NCBI RefSeq assembly: GCF_963676685.1
Contig: NC_092353.1
Location: 20,307,307 to 20,371,306 of the forward strand
Direction: 5' to 3'
Length of the DNA: 64,000 bases
Source: Mytilus edulis
Taxonomy: Eukaryota
Below are positions 24,201 through 36,975 of this stretch, one piece after another. Below the pieces are notes generated by a model. That model did no database searches, was not told the DNA's origin, and saw nothing but the letters and a program-made list of their open reading frames with translations. The translations under genes and the position numbers were made by a program. How positions within the stretch are numbered: the first letter of the stretch is position 1; every line of letters begins with the position of its first letter.

Positions 24201-24880
24201 ATAATAATGAATGTGTACTGAACTGCCTTTGATTTGCAGTATTTTAAAACGCTTGCACAGTGATGTAATACTGTTTCTCTAACCACGTTAGTTTCGTATA
24301 TGCAAATCAGTTAACGTGTAATTGGGCCCTGCATGCATTATTTGCTGAACATAAGTGTTGAAAGTGAGAAAATAGAATAATTAGAAGTTAATGTTCTTTA
24401 AAAAAAATATTAAATACAAGATTTATGTATAAAATTCTTCAACCATATATAAATGCCCTATAGGCTCTAATATTAAACATATGTGTAGATCACCCCAAGC
24501 CAAATTATGACAGTACACATGATCCACGTGGGATAATAATCAATAATTAGCAGGGGTTATTGTTTTTAAAATTCACCCAAATGTAATCTATGAACAATGT
24601 ATGAAATCCAATCAATAATTAACACCTTTTGAGATAGGATGGTCTTGTTTTTTACAACAATCACCTGTTAACATTTTTATGACCTGGAGGCTTAAAATAG
24701 AACATGGTTTTTTTTTCACATGTTCTAACAGGGATGATCTGAGCCGAATCACCCCTACCAGATCACCCCAGTTTGAGTTTCTATGTTATGCATGCTTTCC
24801 TTTGGTCTGTAACATTTTGGCGGGAATTTCAAATCCACTATAAAACTTATAATTAAATATACAATTATACGGAAAAGACT

Positions 24881-24990
24881 ATCTATCAAAATTCACGTAG
24901 AAAAAATCCAGTGTATATGCTGGGATTCGAACTCAAGACCTTTAGCATATCAAGCCACGACACAACCACTACACCAGGACGACTGGATAC
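24881..24990 (-). mobile_element. tRNA-derived SINE head or tRNA pseudogene (box A / box B present, cloverleaf imperfect)
   Basis: Minus strand reads 'ggtatccagtcgtcctggtgtagtggttgtgtcgtggcttgatatgctaaaggtcttgagttcgaatcccagcatatacactgga'. Box A-like 'TGTAGTGG', box B-like 'GAGTTCGAATCCC'; T-stem and acceptor pairing imperfect. Confidence 0.35.
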
Positions 24991-25385
24991 CAACTATCAG
25001 TAATTTAACATACTTAAAGGAAGCAAGATATTTTTATAAGTGGGGCGAGTTGGCAGACCTTTATTCAGTGGAGTTTAAACCCTTTTCGTTAATAAGTGAG
25101 TGGTCAGTGATTGTTCAGTTTGATTTTACACTTTTTGAAAAGTGGGGCAAGTCGATAAACAAAAATGGTGCGATTTTTTTCATAAAGTGGCGATATAGGT
25201 TAGGACGATTGGCCAGTGGGGCGAGTTGACATTATTTGATATCTACTCATTGTGTTCGGGGGTCAAAAAGGGTATAAATCATATAGTAATGTATAATGTA
25301 TATTATAATGGTTGTGTGGCTTTCAAAACTAGATTTTATGAATTTTAAATGGTTTTTCGTCTACTCTAAAACAGCTGGGATGTAA

Positions 25386-25493
25386 AATAGTTATCCCACT
25401 CAGACTTGGTGTGTCAGTGTTAGATCATCCTCTGGCCTCCGGCCATCGAGGTGATCTTACACTGACACACCGCGTCATCGTGGGATAACTATT
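25386..25493. repeat. ~108 bp palindrome / foldback structure
   Basis: Outer inverted repeat 'aatagttatcccac' / 'gtgggataactatt'; inner inverted repeat 'ggtgtgtcagtgt' / 'acactgacacacc'. Confidence 0.5.
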
Positions 25494-25969
25494 AAATAAT
25501 CATATAAACACGAAAGAAACTGTTTAAAAACTTTATTTAAACAACACAAAGGAAAATATGAAATAATTACGAAAATTATGATGCATTCAAGAAAAATATA
25601 CTTACCAAAATGACGTTTCCGGTCAAAAATCTTGTCAGTTTTAACTAAGCATATCTAGATGGCGAATATTTTCTATGCAATTAACCAAAAGGCCACTTGT
25701 AAGGCTATGCATATAACCGGACAATTTAACATTAGATGAATAGGAAATGGCTTTGTGCAGGAGAAAAGTATGCAATTCACCGAATTATGCAATTAAGAGG
25801 AGTTGACTATAATTTAATATTTTGTATAAGTTTCATATCATTTGGTTGAGGCAAACTAAAGTTAGAGAACAGAAACCAATTTAAGAACATACAGATGTAC
25901 AGACGGACAAGATTATAACTTAATTTCCCCTCCACTATGACGGGAACATCAATATTGAAATTAAATTAC

Positions 25970-26118
25970 CTTTTTCACATCTATCCCATATGAATCTCTA
26001 TCTTTAGCCTTTATTGCTGCTCTTCGACGTTGGCCTCCTATTTCGCAAAGAAATCCTCTTGGCTTTGCTGGTTCTGTTGAAAGCTTGACTTTAAATCCAT
26101 GAACATTCACCGTCCTCA
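25970..26118 (-). CDS. Candidate internal exon of an unidentified gene
   Basis: Minus-strand reading 'acaatcag|TTGAGG...' gives 'LRTVNVHGFKVKLSTEPAKPRGFLCEIGGQRRRAAIKAKDRDSYGIDVKK' followed by donor 'AAAAAG|gtaatt'. No family assignment. Phase-compatible with the acidic candidate exon 27862-27960 (-) 'VNVTDYADNRLQVDEDDEDGEDGDDDNRGMMTK|gtaaaa'. Confidence 0.25.
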
Positions 26119-26384
26119 ACTGATTGTATATTATAAAACTAATTAATAATTTAGTCTAATATCTATCTTCTTTCCTGAATATTTTCCTTACATATCTAAT
26201 GACTAACAAACAGACATACATAAGCTAAACCTGGTTAAATTTGAGTGCATAATTAAATACAAGAGCACACATGTTGAAATGTCTCATTGGAATTTATGTT
26301 TATATATGAACATAAAAAGATGTATTATAATTGAAATGAGATGACTGTCCATTAGAGACCAAATAACATAACAAGCAGTGGCGT

Positions 26385-27616
26385 AGCTTGCATGTATGCT
26401 CAGATGCTCAAGCATCCACATCAGTTTGACTAAAAAAAATTAGCAGCAGTTTAACTCGAAAGTATCCAAATGTAACAAGGCTGAGGATATGAGGATTACG
26501 TCCAGTCATTTTCGAAGCAGTATGCCTGGTCTCAAGTTCATTTAGGATAATTTAGTTTATGTAAACAAGATAAGTTGAATCGCAGAATAGAGTTTCAAGT
26601 TAACTTTTGTTCGTAAAAAAGTCTACGTCATGCGAAGAGGACTGATACATAGACCCGTGGACATGTTTCATCTGAGATTGAACCTAGTGGAGTGATGGCT
26701 TCTCATTTGACTATAGCAACTAATAACTAAAACACCATATCCTGATTATCGTTTCTTGCGACATGGTGAACGACGTGATAAAAAAATCAATTTGTAATAT
26801 AAGTCCTAGGCTTATGAATTCCCGTTTCTATCTAGGTTCAAGTTACTAATTTTATTTTCAATCAGTAAAGAACAAAGATCCAATGTTCCCCGCCATGAAC
26901 ATTTCATTTCATATTTTATCTATCAAAGGACAAGGAACAAGGGAACAACTAAAAAAACACTTTTTTTCTTTTTCTTTTTTATTTTCAATATATTAAGAGA
27001 AATAAAAGCTTCACAGAATAGGGTTTCATATTTATGTTTCAAAGGGTCATAACTGATTAAAAATATTTGATTAAGACTTATTTTCAAAATTGTCAAAGTC
27101 ATTGCTTATGATATGAGTTTCATTTAATCTGACAAGAATTGTACACATGAGAGTGCTAACAAGACCGAACGATCGGACGCCCGGTATTTTTATGTCTCCT
27201 GCAACGCGTTTAGCTCAGTAATAAAAAATCAAAAACCCAAGGTTGTAGACTCAAATTCCTGGAAAGAGAAGTCACTTTTGTTCCTATATTCAGAAGTTCC
27301 TAAATTATTCAGAAGTGCCGCGGTAATGGGGTCCGTTTTTGATATGTCAAATATAAGATTGGGTGGGAAACTTTACATCAAATATTTATGAATTGAATGA
27401 TGGTACTTTTCGAGGAAACAATAACATTTGGTTAAAAATATAAATATATAAATTAATAGGTAATTTGAATTTAAACAAAAATTTAACTAGTGTCGGATTC
27501 TGAGGGAGTACATGTGCTTAATTAAAAAATAATTTTCTGCATAAAAAGGTCAAAAAATTTTTTCGCCTCGCTCCGCTCGGCGAGACATCCACATCATTTC
27601 AACCCTGGCTACGCCA
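26385..27616. mobile_element. Candidate non-autonomous DNA element with 12 bp TIR (CAGTGGCGTAGC) and possible 5 bp TSD (ACAAG)
   Basis: Left 'aacaag|cagtggcgtagcttgcatg', right 'ggctacgccactg|acaagtgt'. No internal ORF. Weak: short TIR, could be chance. Confidence 0.25.
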
Positions 27617-27639
27617 CTGACAAGTGTGGGGCACTGTAT

Positions 27640-27745
27640 CCCATTCAACAATGAGCAAAACCAATACTGCATAGTCAGCTATAAAAGGCCTAGAAATAAC
27701 TAATGTATAACAATTCAAACGAGAAAACTAACGGCCTTATTTATG
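27640..27745 (-). mobile_element. 5'-half fragment of the SINE family (reverse orientation)
   Basis: Reverse complement reads 'cataaataaggccgttagttttctcgtttgaattgttatacattagttatttctaggccttttatagctgactatgc'. Confidence 0.5.
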
Positions 27746-28149
27746 TAAAAAAATGAACGAAAAACAAATATGTGACACATAAACAAACTGTTCATTTGAT
27801 TATCTGAGTTCTAACCTTTTTTAATTATTATTTATTTTTTATTAAGCCTGTTATTTTTTACCTTAGTCATCATTCCTCTATTATCATCATCACCATCTTC
27901 ACCATCTTCATCATCTTCATCAACCTGCAATCTGTTATCTGCATAGTCTGTGACATTTACCTTACCCCTACAAATATATATCAAGATATATTTATTATTT
28001 TGTAATGAAACTGTTACACAATTAGAATGTATATCATCTAAATTATAATAAGGCTTTTGATAAAGTTTTAATATCTAAAATATGATCTAATCAGAATAGC
28101 TATGGCAGGCCATTTTTATATTTATTCACTTTCGAGATACCTTAGAAAG

Positions 28150-28700
28150 TTAAATCAGATATCTTTATAATTAAATAAGATATCTTATAAATTAATAGAT
28201 ATCTTATAAATTAATAGATTTCTTATAAATTAATAGATATCTTGATAAATAAATAAGATATCTTATTTAGTTTAAAAGATATCTCATTAATTAGATATAG
28301 GAAGATGTGGTGTGAGTGCCAATGAGACAACTCTCCATACAAATAACAATTTAAAAAGTAAACCATTATAGGTTAAAGTACGGCCTTCAACACGGAGCCT
28401 TAGCTCACACCGAACAACAAGCTATAAAGGGCCCCAAAATTACTAGTGTAAAACCATTCAAACGGGAAAACCAACGGTCTAATCTATATAAACAAAACGA
28501 GAAACGAGAAACACGTATATATTACATAAACAAACGACAACTACTGTACATCAGATTCCTGACTTAGGACAGGTGCAAACATTTGCAGCGGGATTAAACG
28601 TTTTAATGGATTATTAAGTTTATAAGATATCTTATAAACTATATAAGATATCTTTTATATAGTTTCTTATAAAGATATCTTTGAAACAAAATAAGATATC
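28150..28700. repeat. Minisatellite of ~19-21 bp units built on the palindromic core AAGATATCTT, interrupted by a SINE insertion at 28305-28565
   Basis: 'agatatcttataaattaatagatatcttataaattaatagatttcttataaattaatagatatcttgataaataaataagatatctt', resuming at 28610-28700. Confidence 0.8.
28305..28565 (-). mobile_element. SINE family copy (longer subfamily), inserted into the GATATC minisatellite; inverted relative to the copy at 29225-29450
   Basis: 'gaagatgtggtgtgagtgccaatgagacaactctccatac' is the reverse complement of the SINE 3' end; the body matches 29230-29400 in reverse. Confidence 0.5.
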
Positions 28701-29224
28701 TTCTTTTCTTTTTACGTATTAAAATAAAGTATCCCTGTATGTTGGAAAAAAGTTTGACCAATCATAAAATCCAAAGCAATTCAGATCGAGATTGCTAATT
28801 CATATCTGTATCTGTGTTAGATTCTGCCAGTGTAGGCACACTTCCAAAGGAGGAAAATAAAACATTAAGTGTCCTTCACCATCCACCAGCAGGAATATAT
28901 TAATAATAAAATTGACTTCTGTTTCGCCACCGTTATGTACATTGATATATGATCATATATAATTTCACAATAAAAAGAGACAATTATCTTTGATTTAAAT
29001 TTGCATGCACCAAAAATTTATAATTGGTTAACAACAGTATTTGATTTGATTACAACTAATGATACCTGTTGAGATTCGAACCTTGATCATCAGCATAATG
29101 TCAAAATAATTACTGTGCACTTATAAAAGCTATATATATAAATGCTTGTTTTCTCCATTTTTGTTATCAAATTTTATTAAATTCTATTGGCAAACATTTA
29201 TTCTCTGCTGTATTAAATGGAAGT

Positions 29225-29450
29225 GCATGGTATATACAGATAAGGCCGTTGGTTTCCCCCTTTGAATTGTTTTACACTATATTATTATAGCTATAAATTT
29301 TTGGAGCCCTAAAATTATAGCTTGTTGTTCGGTGTGAGCCAAAGCTTCGGATTGAAGGCTGTACCTTGACCTATAATGGTTTACTTTTATAATTTTTTAC
29401 TTGAATGGAGAGTTGTCTCATTGTAAATTACCACATTTTCCTCTATCTAT
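29225..29450 (+). mobile_element. SINE family copy (longer subfamily)
   Basis: 'aaggccgttggtttccccctttgaattgttttacac...gaaggctgtaccttgacctataatggtttacttt...ttgaatggagagttgtctcattg'. Confidence 0.5.
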
Positions 29451-29809
29451 TTTGTTAACATACAAATTACTAAAAATGGGTAAAGGGGGGATACATGCAT
29501 TTCAACTGTTTCATTGTAAATGATTATTTCACGATAAACGAAAGAGAAAAGGGCAATTCCTTGCTTCCTATCAAAATGAATGAAATTTGTTTAATGTGCT
29601 TCAAGCAGGAAAAATTGCAAAGATATGAAAATAACAGTTTACTACCAGAACGAAAATCCCAATAAAAACAAGGATATTTCTTTTGTCCTTTTTTCTAGGT
29701 AATTCTGCTTTAAAAAAAATAAAATCAAATAAACATAAAAACTTATCACATTTAGTTTGTTAGAATTCTTACTTGTAATTGTTTATTGTTTGATAGATTC
29801 TTATTTATT

Positions 29810-30440
29810 ATATCAAATATATATAAGATATCTTATTTAATAATTGAGATATCTTATTTTATAATTGAGATATCTTATTTATCTTATTTAATAATTGAGA
29901 TATCTTATTTAATAATAGAGATATCTTATTTAATAATTGAGATATCTTATTTAATAATTGAGATATCTTATTTATCTTATTTAATAATTGAGATATCTTA
30001 TTTAATAATTGAGATATCTTATTTAATAATTGAGATATCTTATTTAATAATTGAGATATCTTATTTAATAATTGAGATATCTTATTTATCTTATTTAATA
30101 ATTGAGATATCTTATTTAATAATAGAGATATCTTATTTAATAATTGAGATATCTTATTTATCTTATTTAATAATTGAGATATCTTATTTAATAATTGAGA
30201 TATCTTATTTAATAATTGAGATATCTTATTTAATAATTGAGATATCTTATTTATCTTATTTAATAATTGAGATATCTTATTTAATAATTGAGATATCTTA
30301 TTTTATAATTGAGATATCTTATTAAATAATAGAGATATGTTATATATAAGATATCTTATTTAATAATTGAGATATCTTATTTAATAATAGAGATATGTTA
30401 TATATAGAGATATCTTATTTAATAATAGAGATATCTTATT
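29810..30440. repeat. 21 bp minisatellite (unit gagatatcttatttaataatt, with 30 bp variants), ~28 units
   Basis: Direct reading. The listed 179-aa ORF 29786-30325 'ISYLIIE...' is a repeat-frame artefact (21 is a multiple of 3). Confidence 0.9.
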
Positions 30441-30974
30441 TAATATATAAGATTTCTTAATTACTATTAAAGATATTCTATTTAAAATAAAATAAGTCTC
30501 ACTCAAAATATGTATAACCAATCTCATTTCAATTTGTTTTCTGTTTATCTAGAAATAAGAATTTACGAAACTATTATAAAGAATTGAAATATTTTATTAA
30601 GTTCCATTTTTTTTTTGGGGGGGGGGGGGTGATTAACTCAAAATGCTCTCCCTTTCATAATTCGTCAGTCAGAAATAATGACAAGAATGAGACTTAGTCC
30701 ACAAATAGATATGATACAAAAATTACAGGAATTTTCACATTCGTTGAACCATTCACTTGTGCTGGCATGGTCATCTACATTCTTTATAACCATGGTTAAC
30801 ATACCTCTCTTTTATTCTATCCGAATGTGACAAAAACTATTTTGTTAGCTTACTTCTATTATATTTCGATGGTTTTTTTTTCCATCACAATCTCTCCTTG
30901 ATTATTACTTGCATCAAAGTCAACAGATTTTATATAAGGTAACTGTTTTAAAATAAAATTAATAATATGTCATA

Positions 30975-31305
30975 TTTCAAATAGTTTGAAAAAATAAGAT
31001 ATCTTATAAAGTAAATAAGATATCTTATTTACTTTTAAAGATATCTCATAAACTATACAAGATATCTTATAAAGTATTTGTTTAAAAGATATCTTTGAAA
31101 AGATATAAGATATCTTATAGAATAAATAAGATATCTTATAGAATAAATAAGATATCTTATAAATTAAATAAGATATCTTATAAATTAAATAAGATATCTT
31201 ATAAATTAAATAAGATATCTTATAAATATTATAAGATATCTTGTATACTTTATAAGATATCTTATTAACTTTACAAGATATCTTGAAATTGATTAAATAT
31301 AAAAA
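30975..31305. repeat. 21 bp minisatellite (unit aagatatcttataaattaaat) sharing the AAGATATCTT core
   Basis: Direct reading. Listed ORF 30970-31320 (-) is an artefact. Confidence 0.85.
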
Positions 31306-31789
31306 CAGCTTGCCATACATAGCGCTTTGATCCTGCCATTCTGACTAGAACATCAACAATGTTGACTTCTATGATAAAAAAAACTTTTTTTTCAAAGCAG
31401 CAGTTGTAGAAGTCCTCTTTTCAAGTTTGAAAGGGATATATAAGGGGCTTGTTATGGTTTTAAATGAAACATTATCAACATTTAAAGTAAGTAAACTTTT
31501 TTTCATATTTGTTTCAATTACAATCATTCCACACATATTTTTAATCCAGAAATGTCTACTTTTTTTCTTTTTGATAACTGATAATTAATTGTCATCCTAA
31601 AGGGATCCCAAATTTTATTTCAGCTGGTCTGACATTTTTTTTGAAATCATTGTGAATGTTTTTCTTAAATTATGTGAACTGCAATTATAAATTTCAAAAC
31701 AGCAATCAAACCTCAGGATAAGTCATTAGTCCCTCAATCCTCTAATATGCTGACATTCATTGATTTGAACTCAGTTTTAACCCCTACAA

Positions 31790-32205
31790 AAGATTTAAAG
31801 CCTTTGCAAACAGATGGGATCAAATGCTTTACCGAGCTCAGCCTGATACGACAGCAGAAATTGAACCCTGAACAGTTGGTGCAAGTTTGGACACAATACT
31901 CAAGCTTGATACTGAGACACAAACTAAATGTGGGGAAAGATCTTGAAATATTTTTATTAACTTTCAATTGAATATTTCTTGCTATTACACAATACCATAT
32001 GCAATTGAAGATTTCTGGCTATTGCACACTATTGGGCTATTGTGCAATACTATGCAATTGGATATTTCTTGCTTTTGTCCCATACTGTGCAATTGAAGAT
32101 TTCTTGCTATTGTGCAATACTGTGCAATTGAAGATTTCTTGCTATTGTGCAATACTGTGCAATTGAAGATTTCTTGCTATTGCGCAACACTTCATATATA
32201 GTTTA
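31790..32205. mobile_element. Partial third copy of the family A element: left arm plus 40 bp sub-repeats
   Basis: 'gaaattgaaccctgaacagttggtgcaagtttggacacaatactcaagcttgat' matches 10335-10385 and 55165-55205. It is followed by 5-6 units of 'ttgcacaatactgtgcaattgaagatttcttgctat', each unit carrying the inverted repeat attgcaca/tgtgcaat. Confidence 0.4.
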
Positions 32206-33523
32206 CAAATCATGTTTGGTGTATCTCCTGCCATATCAGTATTATTTTGCTTTTATCTATAAATTGCAAAATGGAAAATTTTGAAGAGAAAAAAAAAAAT
32301 ATGAAAAAAAATTCCTACCCAAATTTTATTCAATTCCCTTTGAGTAATTATCAAACTCTATCCCAGCTTTCCCTTTAAGGTATGGTACATTGCAGTACAA
32401 TTTCAGAGAAATCCATACACTTGAACACAAGTTAATGTCTAGAAACTAGAAAAATGCTTGTTAACCAAAATAAAATGACATTAATTTTTTGTGGGTACTA
32501 ATTTTCGTGGATTGAGAAAACTTGCATTTCAGTGGATATTTGGTTTCATGGTTTTGTCAATGTCTGTATACAATCCTATACATATAAACTTTCTCATTGG
32601 TTGAATATTTAAATTTGTCAGTTTCACCTTTACCCACAAAACCCATGAAAAGTGGTATCCAACACATAACACAAATGTAATAATGAATACACAGTATTTC
32701 CCTATACTTACATCCTCTTTTTAAACTTTCTAGACCTTAGATTATCAAATAATGAAGCATGGGAATCAACCTAGAAAATTAAGAAATCATTTTTAAAATT
32801 CTCACAAGGTCTGAGGTTTTTCATCTAACAAAGTGTATCTAAATTTTTGCCCTATACATATAGCATTGCCTGCCAAGTTATATAACATATACATCTCGAT
32901 CTATGTGCCTGTCATTTATTCTGTTGATATTACTGAATAGCTTTGTTCTTTTACAGTTGTGGCATAATCATTAATTTGCACAGAATTTCCAATAAACCAG
33001 TGCTATTAAGGTCTTAAACTTGCAGTGAGGTGAGAGCTTTTGCTCCATGTTAAACAATGTGACTGAAATAAGTTTTAACAAGAGTTTTTATTGTTCACTG
33101 ACTTCTTCGCATCTACCAGTTCAAATCTATTCAGCATATCACCACAATGGCAGGGATTCAAAGTTTACTGAACAGTCGTTTGCCAAAGTATATAAATGCT
33201 GACATATATAGCATAGTAGTTGTTCGACTTTGCTATTACATAAATCGATGTGAAAAAGAACAAGAAGTTTAGATTTCCTTTTAAAATAGAATGCACTAAC
33301 AACCCAAGGAATCATAATATCATATATATATATATATATCTGATGGTGGAAATGAGATTTTGCAAATCGTAAAAACAACACTTTTAAACTAAGTTTTCAA
33401 AATCGGAACTATTTGTTTGATATTATCTAAAATTAACTTTTTCATTTGTCATTATCTATAATTGGTTCAAATTAATCATTCATTTGACATTCATATTATA
33501 AGTACAGGTATCTTTTTACTTAC

Positions 33524-34875
33524 CATTAATTCTTCAGTATTACTTTGTTTTTGAACGCTATCAGCAGAATCTAATTGGCTAGGTATATCCTTCTCAATTA
33601 TTGATAGTGATTTTGTTATACTCCCAAAAACACGAGCAGATCCTCCACGAGCAGTTAAACCACTCATTTTTTTAGCTGAAGATCCATCTGAAATGTCTGA
33701 AAGTAATTGTGCTCTTGGTGATGTTGATGAAAATACTTGATTTTGTTTTAGATGAGAAGAACTACTCTTTGCCATTTCCCTAGGACCAAATGGCGGTGGT
33801 TGTATTCCTCTTGGAGGACCATACCTTGGTTCCGGTAGCATACGATTCAATTCTTTTAGTAGTGAAGGTGGTGGTGCACCAGACACTAAAGAGTCCATTT
33901 GTTTTGATGACTGCAAAGGTGGTTGTGGTTTTCCCTGTTGATGCAGTGGTGGCATTCCTGATGCTGAGCATTTAATTTTAACTGGCATTCCTCTTGATTG
34001 TAGGGATGTTGGAGGTGGCATTCCGCTTGATGGAAGAGGCGGTGGGGGTGGTGGTATCCCTCTTGATGATGCTAGAGGGGGTGGAGGAGGGGGTATTCCA
34101 AACTGTGGACCAACCTGTTGTGGCAACAGTTCATCACATATTTCTTCTGGAAATGCTAATGCAGCAGACATTGGAGAGTACATTTGTATTGATGGAGGAT
34201 CTGACTTTACTGATGAAGAGCCAACAACATGCATTCCTCCTGGTGGTTGTGGAGGTGGCATTCCTCTCGATGGATCATCAAATAACCTTTTTGAACGAAA
34301 TGTTGATGGTTTAATTTGCCATTTGTCTGACATTGCTCTTGTTGATTGTAGGGGTGCTGGAGGTGGCATTCCTCTTGTTGATGGTAGAGGGGGTGGAGGA
34401 GGTGGCAAAGCGTCATAAACTATTTCTTCAGGAAATGCTTGTGCAGGAGACATTGGAAAGTACAATTGTGTCGATGGATCAGGTGGTATTACTGATGAAG
34501 ACCCATCAACATGTTTTCCTCTTAGTGGTTGTGACGGTGGCATTCCTCTGGGTGGTTGGGGAGGACGCATTTCTCCTGGTGGCTCATAAGATAACCTTTT
34601 TGAATGAAATGGTGATGCTTTAATTTCCAATTTATCTGACAGAAGTTGCGATGTACTTTGTTGTGTTCCTTTTGATTGAGCATCAGAAATCATTTGGGAT
34701 TGGAATGGTGGTGATGCATCTTGTTGGGTTGGTTGTATTTTTCTTAGTGAACCAGATTTAAGAGAAAGCATGTCTGATAGTGTTTTTAATGCTTGATGTT
34801 TGTCAGGTACACTAGATTCTATTGTATCTTCATCTGAAGATAAGGTTAAAGACCTGCTATATTTCATCAAAGTAT
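33524..34875 (-). CDS. Large exon encoding a proline-rich, FH1-like low-complexity repeat domain (two ~100-aa internal repeats)
   Basis: 465-codon open frame. Acceptor 'ttttgtag|ATACTTTGATG' (exon high end 34875, needs 1 nt from the previous exon). Donor 'GAAGAATTAATG|gtaagt' (exon low end 33524). Motifs 'GIPPPPPPLPSSGMPPP', 'RGMPPPQPP', 'ALPPPPPPLPSTRGMPPPAP'. The plus-strand ORFs 33790-34623 are antisense artefacts of CCN codons. Confidence 0.55.
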
Positions 34876-35689
34876 CTACAAAATGCAAAAATTATTAATC
34901 AACTATTTTTTTCATCCAATATTGTATCTTAATATTTCTAAAAAAAAAATATTATCTTCAACCTTTTCTAGTGTATTCAATAAATATGAGTATATGAATA
35001 AATATTATATGTAGGTTACACCTTTGCATGAATATATAATTCTGACCTCACTTGCAAACACAGGAATAGCAGATGGCTTAACTATAATTTATCAGCCATG
35101 GACTCGGGGATTTTCTTGTACTAGTAATGTTTATCTGTTTTCATAATGCATTTGCATGAAATATTTGCCACTGGATGCTAATCCTTAGTTCATTTAACAA
35201 AGTCAAACATAAATCTGTTGTAGTACATGAGTTTATAATTAGTGTCTTCTTAATATGAGAGTTTTATGGGTTTTTTTCTTATAAAATTGTTCTTGTAGAA
35301 AGTTTCATATCAAAGTGTGTGTTTTTTTTTATCAGATAACTTTTGTCCACCAATGACTTATTTGTCACTCAGATTGAGGTTCTTTTCAAATTAAACATAC
35401 ATTTTTTTCCCTTCCTCATTCTAAATTTTTTTATTGTGATAGTATAGAGATCCCATTTGTTTTGTCAAGTCTAATAGTGAACTACTGTTCATCATTTATG
35501 CCAAAATTTATGACTTGCCAGGCAAATATGAAAATGTTCAACAAAATGATGACAACAGCACAAAATATATTAACTGCAAATTCTCTTATCTCTGTTTTTT
35601 TTGCCTGTTTTTTTAGCACTTTAGTTGTTTTCATGACTATTACTGATCTTTTGACTTAAACCAATTGCAACTAATTTTAACGGTTTAGT

Positions 35690-36335
35690 CCACTGTGTAA
35701 GACTAGTGTGAGAGTTAAACACCACCGTCTAAGACTAGTGTGAGAGTTAAACACCACCGTCTAAGACTAGTGTGAGAGTTAAAACACCACCGTCTAAGAC
35801 TAGTGTGAGAGTTAAACACCACCGTCTAAGACTAGTGTGAGAGTTAAAACACCACCGTCTAAGACTTGTGTGAGAGTTAAACACCACCGTCTAAGACTAG
35901 TGTGAGAGTTAAACACCACCGTCTAAGACTAGTGTGAGAGTTAAACACCACCGTCTAAGACTAGTGTGAGAGTTAAAACACCACCGTCTAAGACTAGTGT
36001 GAGAGTTAAACACCACCGTCTAAGACTAGTGTGAGAGTTAAACACCACCGTCTAAGACTAGTGTGAGAGTTTATCACCACCGTCTAAGACTAGTGTGAGA
36101 GTTAAACACCACCGTCTAAGACTAGTGTGAGAGTTAAACACCACCGTCAAAGACTAGTGTGAGAGTTAAACACCACTGTCTAAGACTAGTGTGAGAGTTA
36201 AACACCACTGTCTAAGACTAGTGTGAGAGTTAAACACCACTGTCTAAGACTAGTGTGAGAGTTAAACACCACTGTCTAAGACTAGAGTGAGAGTTAAACA
36301 CCACTGTCCAAGACTAGTGTGAAAGTTAAGCACTA
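35690..36335. repeat. 32 bp minisatellite, ~20 units, with a variant gradient
   Basis: Unit 'taagactagtgtgagagttaaacaccaccgtc'. The last ~6 units carry accaccgtc -> accactgtc, with occasional 33 bp variants. Confidence 0.9.
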
Positions 36336-36789
36336 ACAAACATGTTTAACCCATCACATTCTTTATGTGCCAGTTCAAAGTCAGGTTGCCTGTTGTTCAG
36401 TGGTTATTAGTTCATATCTTTAATTATTTTTTTCTTTAATTGTTTTGTTTTTAATTAAATCTGTTAGTTTTCTCATTTGAATTGTTTTATATTTTCATGT
36501 CAGACCCCTTATTAAGGATTTGAATGAGTATAATTAAGTGCTTAAATATATTTCCAACCCCTTTGGATGGCTTTTTTTTATTTAGATATTTAGATAATGT
36601 TATGGAGGATTTTAAATCGAATGTCAACATTCCTCAAGGGAAATTTTTCATAAATCAGGCAGCCAGCTATAATGTTTAGCCCTACAACATTCTGTATTTA
36701 TGTGCCTGTCCCTAGTTAATAGCCTGTAATTTAAAGGTTGTCTTTTGTTGCTATGTTAAATACTTGCTCTTCAGTCTTTTTTTTGTGCA

Positions 36790-36975
36790 TTAATCATGCG
36801 GTTAGTTTTCTCGTTTGAATTGTTTTACATTTGTGATATTGGAGCCTCTTATAGCTGACTATATGTGGTATGGGCTTTGCTCATTGTTGAAGGTTGTAAA
36901 GTGACCTATAACTGTTAATTTTCGTATCATTTGGTTGTCTCATTGGCAATCAAACCACATCTTCATCTTTAAAGG
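36790..36975 (+). mobile_element. SINE family copy
   Basis: 'gcggttagttttctcgtttgaattgttttacatttgtgatattggagcctcttatagctgactatatgtggtatgggctttgctcattgttgaaggttgtaaagtgacc...ttggttgtctcattggcaatcaaaccacatct'. Confidence 0.6.

Noticed and set aside
24881-24990. Bona fide tRNA gene
   Set aside because: Box A and box B are present but the acceptor and T stems do not pair (cttgag/cccag). Called a tRNA-derived SINE head or pseudogene instead.
29786-30325. 179-aa ORF 'ISYLIIEISYL...'
   Set aside because: Pure read-through of a 21 bp minisatellite (21 is divisible by 3); the protein is a perfect repeat of the unit translation, so it is not a gene.
33790-34623. Plus-strand ORFs (61-106 aa) overlapping the proline-rich exon
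   Set aside because: Antisense of CCN-rich coding sequence (NGG codons never give stops); no independent support.
35690-36335. Regular 32 bp repeats considered as a CRISPR-like array
   Set aside because: Units are directly adjacent with no unique spacers, and the window is eukaryotic (introns, SINEs, satellites). It is a minisatellite.
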